Of a DNA stretch of 64,000 bases, positions 57,820-64,000 are shown in pieces. Made by a program: the position numbers and the translations under genes. This DNA comes from Eledone cirrhosa (lineage: Eukaryota). The notes under the pieces are model-generated. The model did not search any database and had not been told where the DNA came from. It was given only the letters and a program-made list of their open reading frames with translations. How positions within the stretch are numbered: the stretch's first letter is position 1; each line of letters opens with the position of its first letter. The DNA lies in assembly GCA_964016885.1 (NCBI GenBank), contig OZ024754.1:20150001-20214000 (forward strand). The letters are read 5' to 3'.

Positions 57820-60800
57820 TGTGGCTAAAATGACTCTTCCATGATATATTTACTTTAGTTTCAACACAGTCACAGATCAAGTCACTTGCCAGACATGTAC
57901 AACTGTGGCTAAAATCGCTCTTCCATGATATAGTTACTTTAGTTTCAACACAATCTCAGATGAAGTCACTTGCCAGCCATGTACATCTGTGGCTAAAATC
58001 GCTCTTACATGATATAGTTACTTTAGTTTCAACACAATCTCAGATCAAGACACTTGCCAGACATGTACAACTGTGGCTAAAATGTCTCTTCCATGATATA
58101 GTTACTTTAGTTTCAACACAATCTCAGATCAAGACACTTGCCAGACATGTACAACTGTGGCTAAAATGACTCTTCCATGATATAGTTACTTTAGTTTCAA
58201 CACTGTCTTAGATCTAGTCACTTGCCAGACTGTGGCTAAAATGACTCTCCCATGATATAGTTACTTTAGTTTCAAAACAGTCTCAGATCAAGTCACTTGC
58301 CAGACATGTACATCTGTGGCTAAAATGACTCTTCCATGATATAGTTACTTTAGTTTCAAAACAGTCTCAGATCAAGTCACTTGCCAGACATGTACAACTG
58401 TGGCTAAAATGACTCTTCCATGATATAGTTACTATAGTTTCAACACAGTCTCAGATCAAGTCACTTGCCAGACATGTACAACTGTGGCTAAAATGACTCT
58501 TCCATGATATAGTTACTATAGTTTCAACACAGTCTCAGATCAAGTCACTTGCCAGACATGTACAACTGTGGCTAAAATGACTCTTCCATGATATAGTTAC
58601 TTTAGTTTCAACACAATCTCAGATCAAGTCACTTACCAGACATGTACAACAGTGGCTAAAACGACTCTTCCATGATATAGTTACTTTAGTTTCAACACAT
58701 TCACAGATCAAGTCACTTGCCAGACATGTACAACTGTGGCTAAAATGACTCTTCCATGATATAGTTACTTTAGTTTCAACACAGTCACAGATCAAGTCAC
58801 TTGCCAGACATGTACAACTGTGGCTAAAATGACTCTTCCATGATATAGTTACTTTAGTTTCAACACAGTCTCAGATCAGGGCACTTGCCAAACATGTACA
58901 ACTGTGGCTAAAATGACTCTTCCATGATATAGTTACTTTAGTTTCAACACAGTCTTAGATCAAGTCACTTGCCAGACTGTGGCTAAAATGACTCTTCCAT
59001 GATATAGTTACTTTAGTTTCAACACAGTCTCAGATCAAGTTACTTACCAGACATGTACAACTGTGGCTAAAATGACTCTTCCATGATATAGTTACTTTAG
59101 TTTCAACACAATCTCAGATCAAGTCACTTGCCAGACATATACAACTGTGGCTAAAATGACTCTTCCATGATATAGTTACTTTAGTTTCAACACAATCTCA
59201 GATCAGGTCACTTGCCAGACATGTACAACTGTGACTAAAATGACGCTTCCATGATATAGTTACTTTAGTTTCAACACAGTTTCAGATCAAGTCACTTGCC
59301 AGACATGTACAACTGTGGCTAAAATGACTCTTCCATGATATAGTTACTTTAGTTTCAACACAGTCACAGATCAAGTCACTTGCCAGACATGTACAACTGT
59401 GGATAAAATGACTCTTCCATGATATAGTTACTTTAGTTTCAACACAGTCACAGATCAAGTCACTTGCCAGACATGTACAATTGTGGCTAAAATGACTCTT
59501 CCGTGATATAGTTACTTTAGTTTCAACACAGTCTCAGATCAAGTCACTTGTCATACATGTACAACTGTGGCTAAAATGACTCTTCCATGATATAGTTACT
59601 TTAATTTCAACACAGTCTCAGATCAAGTCACTTGTCATACATGTACAACTGTGGCTAAAATGACTCTTCCGTGATATAGTTACTTTAGTTTCAACACAGT
59701 CTCAGATCAAGTCACTTGTCATACATGTACAACTATGGCTAAAATGACTCTTCCATGATATAGTTACTTTAGTTTCAACACAATCTCATATCAAGTTACT
59801 TGCCAGACATGTACAACTGTGGCTAAAATGACTCTTCCATGATATAGTTACTTTAGTTTCAACACAGTCACAGATCAAGTCACTTGCCAGACATGTACAA
59901 CTGTGGCTAAAATGACTCTTCCGTGATATAGTTACTTTAGTTTCAACACAGTCTCAGATCAAGTCACTTGTCATACATGTACAACTGTGGCTAAAATGAC
60001 TCTTCCATGATATAGTTACTTTATTTTCAACACAGTCACAGATCAAGTCACTTGCCAGACACGTACAACTATGGCTAAAATGACTCTTCCATGATATAGT
60101 TACTTTAGTTTCAACACAATCTCAGATCAAGTCACTTGCCAGACATGTACAACTGTGTCTAAAATGACTCTTCCATGATATAGTTACTTTAGTTTCAACA
60201 CAGTCTCAGATCAGATCACTTGCCAAACATGAACAACTGTGGCTAAAATGACTCTTCCATGATATAGTTACTTTAGTTTCAACACAATCTCAGATGCAGT
60301 CACTTGCGAGACATGTACAACTGTGGCTAAAATGACTCTTCCATGATATAGTTACTTTAGTTTCAACACAGTCTCAGATCAAGTTACTTGCCAGACATGT
60401 ACAACTGTGGCTAAAATGACTCTTCCATGATATAGTTACTTTAGTTTCAACACAATCTCAGATCAAGTCACTTGCCAGATATGTACAACTGTGGCTAAAG
60501 TGACTCTTCCATGATATAGTTACTTTAGTTTCAACACAGTCTCAGATCAAGTCACTTGCCAGACATGTAAAACTGTGGCTAAAATGACTCTTCCGTGATA
60601 TAGTTACTTTAGTTTCAACACAGTCTCAGATCAAGTCACTTGCCAGACATGTACAACTGTGGCTAAAATGACTCTTCCATGATATAGTTACTTTAGTTTC
60701 AACACAATCTCAGATCAGGTCACTTGCCAGACATGTACAACAGTGGCTAAGATGACTCTTCCATGATATAGATACTTTAGTTTCAACACAGTTTCAGATC

Positions 60801-62736
60801 AAGTCACTTGCCAGACATATACAACTGTGGCTAAAATGACTCTTCCATGATATATTTACTTTAGTTTCAACACAGTCACAGATCAAGTCACTTGCCAGAC
60901 ATGTACAACTGTGGCTAAAATCGCTCTTCCATGATATAGTTACTTTAGTTTCAACACAATCTCAGATGAAGTCACTTGCCAGCCATGTACATCTGTGGCT
61001 AAAATCGCTCTTACATGATATAGTTACTTTAGTTTCAACACAATCTCAGATCAAGACACTTGCCAGACATGTACAACTGTGGCTAAAATGTCTCTTCCAT
61101 GATATAGTTACTTTAGTTTCAACACAATCTCAGATCAAGACACTTGCCAGACATGTACAACTGTGGCTAAAATGACTCTTCCATGATATAGTTACTTTAG
61201 TTTCAACACTGTCTTAGATCTAGTCACTTGCCAGACTGTGGCTAAAATGACTCTCCCATGATATAGTTACTTTAGTTTCAAAACAGTCTCATATCAATTC
61301 ACTTGCCAGACATGTACATCTGTGGCTAAAATGACTCTTCCATGATATAGTTACTTTAGTTTCAAAACAGTCTCAGATCAAGTCACTTGCCAGACATGTA
61401 CAACTGTGGCTAAAATGACTCTTCCATGATATAGTTACTATAGTTTCAACACAGTCTCAGATCAAGTCACTTGCCAGACATGTACAACTGTGGCTAAAAT
61501 GACTCTTCCATGATATAGTTACTATAGTTTCAACACAGTCTCAGATCAAGTCACTTGCCAGACATGTACAACTGTGGCTAAAATGACTCTTCCATGATAT
61601 AGTTACTTTAGTTTCAACACAATCTCAGATCAAGTCACTTACCAGACATGTACAACAGTGGCTAAAACGACTCTTCCATGATATAGTTACTTTAGTTTCA
61701 ACACATTCACAGATCAAGTCACTTGCCAGACATGTACAACTGTGGCTAAAATGACTCTTCCATGATATAGTTACTTTAGTTTCAACACAGTCACAGATCA
61801 AGTCACTTGCCAGACATGTACAACTGTGGCTAAAATGACTCTTCCATGATATAGTTACTTTAGTTTCAACACAGTCTCAGATCAGGGCACTTGCCAAACA
61901 TGTACAACTGTGGCTAAAATGACTCTTCCATGATATAGTTACTTTAGTTTCAACACAGTCTTAGATCAAGTCACTTGCCAGACTGTGGCTAAAATGACTC
62001 TTCCATGATATAGTTACTTTAGTTTCAACACAGTCTCAGATCAAGTTACTTACCAGACATGTACAACTGTGGCTAAAATGACTCTTCCATGATATAGTTA
62101 CTTTAGTTTCAACACAATCTCAGATCAAGTCACTTGCCAGACATATACAACTGTGGCTAAAATGACTCTTCCATGATATAGTTACTTTAGTTTCAACACA
62201 ATCTCAGATCAGGTCACTTGCCAGACATGTACAACTGTGACTAAAATGACGCTTCCATGATATAGTTACTTTAGTTTCAACACAGTTTCAGATCAAGTCA
62301 CTTGCCAGACATGTACAACTGTGGCTAAAATGACTCTTCCATGATATAGTTACTTTAGTTTCAACACAGTCACAGATCAAGTCACTTGCCAGACATGTAC
62401 AACTGTGGATAAAATGACTCTTCCATGATATAGTTACTTTAGTTTCAACACAGTCACAGATCAAGTCACTTGCCAGACATGTACAATTGTGGCTAAAATG
62501 ACTCTTCCGTGATATAGTTACTTTAGTTTCAACACAGTCTCAGATCAAGTCACTTGTCATACATGTACAACTGTGGCTAAAATGACTCTTCCATGATATA
62601 GTTACTTTAGTTTCAACACAGTCTCAGATCAAGTCACTTGTCATACATGTACAACTGTGGCTAAAATGACTCTTCCGTGATATAGTTACTTTAGTTTCAA
62701 CACAGTCTCAGATCAAGTCACTTGTCATACATGTAC
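57820..62736 (+). repeat. Duplication with a 3006-bp (36-monomer) offset (about 57820-59730 copied at about 60826-62736)
   Basis: ORF cassette 57960/60966, GATCAGGGCAC 58874/61880 and GGATAAAATG 59401/62407 are all 3006 apart. 3006 = 36x84 - 18. Confidence 0.88.
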
Positions 62737-64000
62737 AACTGTGGCTAAAATGACTCTTCCATGATATAGTTACTTTAGTTTCAACACAGTCTCAGATCAA
62801 GTCACTTGTCATACATGTACAACTGTGGCTAAAATGACTCTTCCATGATATAGTTACTTTAGTTTCAACACAGTCACAGATCAAGTCACTTGCCAGACAC
62901 GTACAACTATGGCTACAATGACTCTTTCATGATATAGTTACTTTAGTTTCAACACAGTCTCAGATCAAGTCACTTGTCATACATATACAACTGTGGCTAA
63001 AATGACTCTTCCGTGATATAGTTACTTTAGTTTCAACACAGTCTCAGATCAAGTCACTTGTCATACATGTACAACTGTGGCTAAAATGACTCTTCCATGA
63101 TATAGTTACTTTAGTTTCAACACAGTCTCAGATCAAGTCACTTGTCATACATGTACAACTGTGGCTAAAATGACTCTTCCATGATATAGTTACTTTAGTT
63201 TCAACACAGTCACAGATCAAGTCACTTGCCAGACACGTACAACTATGGCTAAAATGACTCTTCCATGATATAGTTACTTTAGTTTCAACACAGTCTTAGA
63301 TCAAGTCACTTGCCAGACTGTGGCTAAAATGACTCTTCCATGATATAGTTACTTTAGTTTCAACACAGTCTCAGATCAAGTTACTTGCCAGACATGTACA
63401 ACTGTGGCTAAAATGACTCTTCCATGATATAGTTACTTTAGTTTCAACACAGTCTCAGATCCAGTCACCTGCCAGACATGTACAACTGTGGCTAAAATGA
63501 CTCTTCCATGATATAGTTACTTTAGTTTCAACACAGTCTCAGATCAAGTCACTTGCCAGACATGTAAAACTGTGGCTAAAATGACTCTTCCATGATATAG
63601 TTACTTTAGTTTCAACACAGTTTCAGATCAAGTCACTTGCCAGACATGTACAACTGTGGCTAAAATGACTCTTCCATGATATAGTTACTTTAGTTTCAAC
63701 ACAGTCACAGATCAAGTCACTTGCCAGACATGTACAACTATGGCTAAAATGACTCTTCCATGATATAGTTACTTTAGTTTCAACACAATCTCAGATCAAG
63801 TCACTTGCCAGACATGTACAACTGTGGATAAAATGACTCTTCCATGATATAGTTACTTTAGTTTCAACACAGTCACAGATCAAGTCACTTGCCAGACATG
63901 TACAACTATGGCTAAAATGACTCTTCCATGATATAGTTACTTTAGTTTCAACACAATCTCAGATCAAGTCACTTGTCATACATGTACAACTGTGGCTAAA

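Larger units (their letters stand above)
1..64000. repeat. Tandem satellite DNA array, 84-bp monomer, about 770 copies, single orientation, extends beyond both window ends
   Basis: The same 84-bp unit repeats head-to-tail throughout (exact consensus copies at 3829-3912 and 3913-3996). Most monomers differ from consensus by about 0-5 substitutions. No unique sequence was seen, and every one of the six frames of the consensus contains at least one stop codon. Confidence 0.99.
30101..64000 (+). repeat. Satellite sub-domain C (right)
   Basis: Diagnostic variants: CAGATCACTTGCCAAACATGAAC, ATGCAGTCACTTGCGAG, GTCGTAG plus the 9-bp deletion, TCATATCAAGTTAC, CTGTCTTAGATCTAG, ATGTAAAAC, TTTATTTTC and the ORF cassette. 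The last 1.4 kb or so loses most of these. Confidence 0.8.

Noticed and set aside
30876-61175. Ten 69-aa ORFs as real protein-coding genes
   Set aside because: They are satellite monomers with a mutated TGA. They have no domain, no promoter or splice context distinct from the repeat, and their copy number follows the block duplications.
1-64000. CRISPR array or other repeat-spacer system
   Set aside because: There are no unique spacers: the entire unit is repeated and variation is limited to point changes. No cas or other genes are present.
1-64000. Giant repetitive coding exon (intact zinc-finger, mucin or adhesin array), or TGA read-through/selenocysteine coding
   Set aside because: All six frames of the consensus contain stops. 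Three frames have a single TGA per unit, but uncompensated 1-bp indels (about 5161, 24785, 29394) and TGA>TAA variants (e.g. about 15966, 17365) break any long read-through frame.
1-64000. tRNA, 5S rRNA, snRNA or spliced-leader tandem gene array; telomeric repeat
   Set aside because: I could recognise no cloverleaf, Pol III A/B boxes or conserved RNA motif, and there are no G-rich short telomeric units.
1-64000. Inversions or transposon insertions within the array
   Set aside because: No reverse-complement monomer (TGTGTTGAAACTAAAG...) and no non-satellite segment was seen on reading through. A very short insertion could have been missed by eye.

Overview
The whole 64 kb window is one uninterrupted, head-to-tail satellite DNA array of roughly 770 monomers. 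All monomers have the same orientation, and the array runs off both window edges. The consensus monomer is 84 bp, 38% GC (32/84) and has no CpG: GTCTCAGATCAAGTCACTTGCCAGACATGTACAACTGTGGCTAAAATGACTCTTCCATGATATAGTTACTTTAGTTTCAACACA (exact copy at 3829-3912). I found no unique sequence, gene, RNA gene, transposon insertion or CRISPR spacer. The ten ORFs in the track are copies of one 3-monomer cassette in which the recurrent TGA is mutated. The informative structure lies in the variants. A 75-bp monomer with a 9-bp deletion recurs about 60-65 times. Ordered multi-monomer cassettes form an irregular higher-order repeat. Three sequential sub-domains each carry their own diagnostic variants, and there are several recent kilobase-scale duplications (offsets 3248, 2670, 4609, 2166, 5163 and 3006 bp). 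The most speculative lead is that the 84-bp (28-codon) unit may be a decayed C2H2 zinc-finger repeat. The pattern looks like eukaryotic (peri)centromeric or heterochromatic satellite, but I cannot name the family or the organism. All counts and offsets were read by eye.
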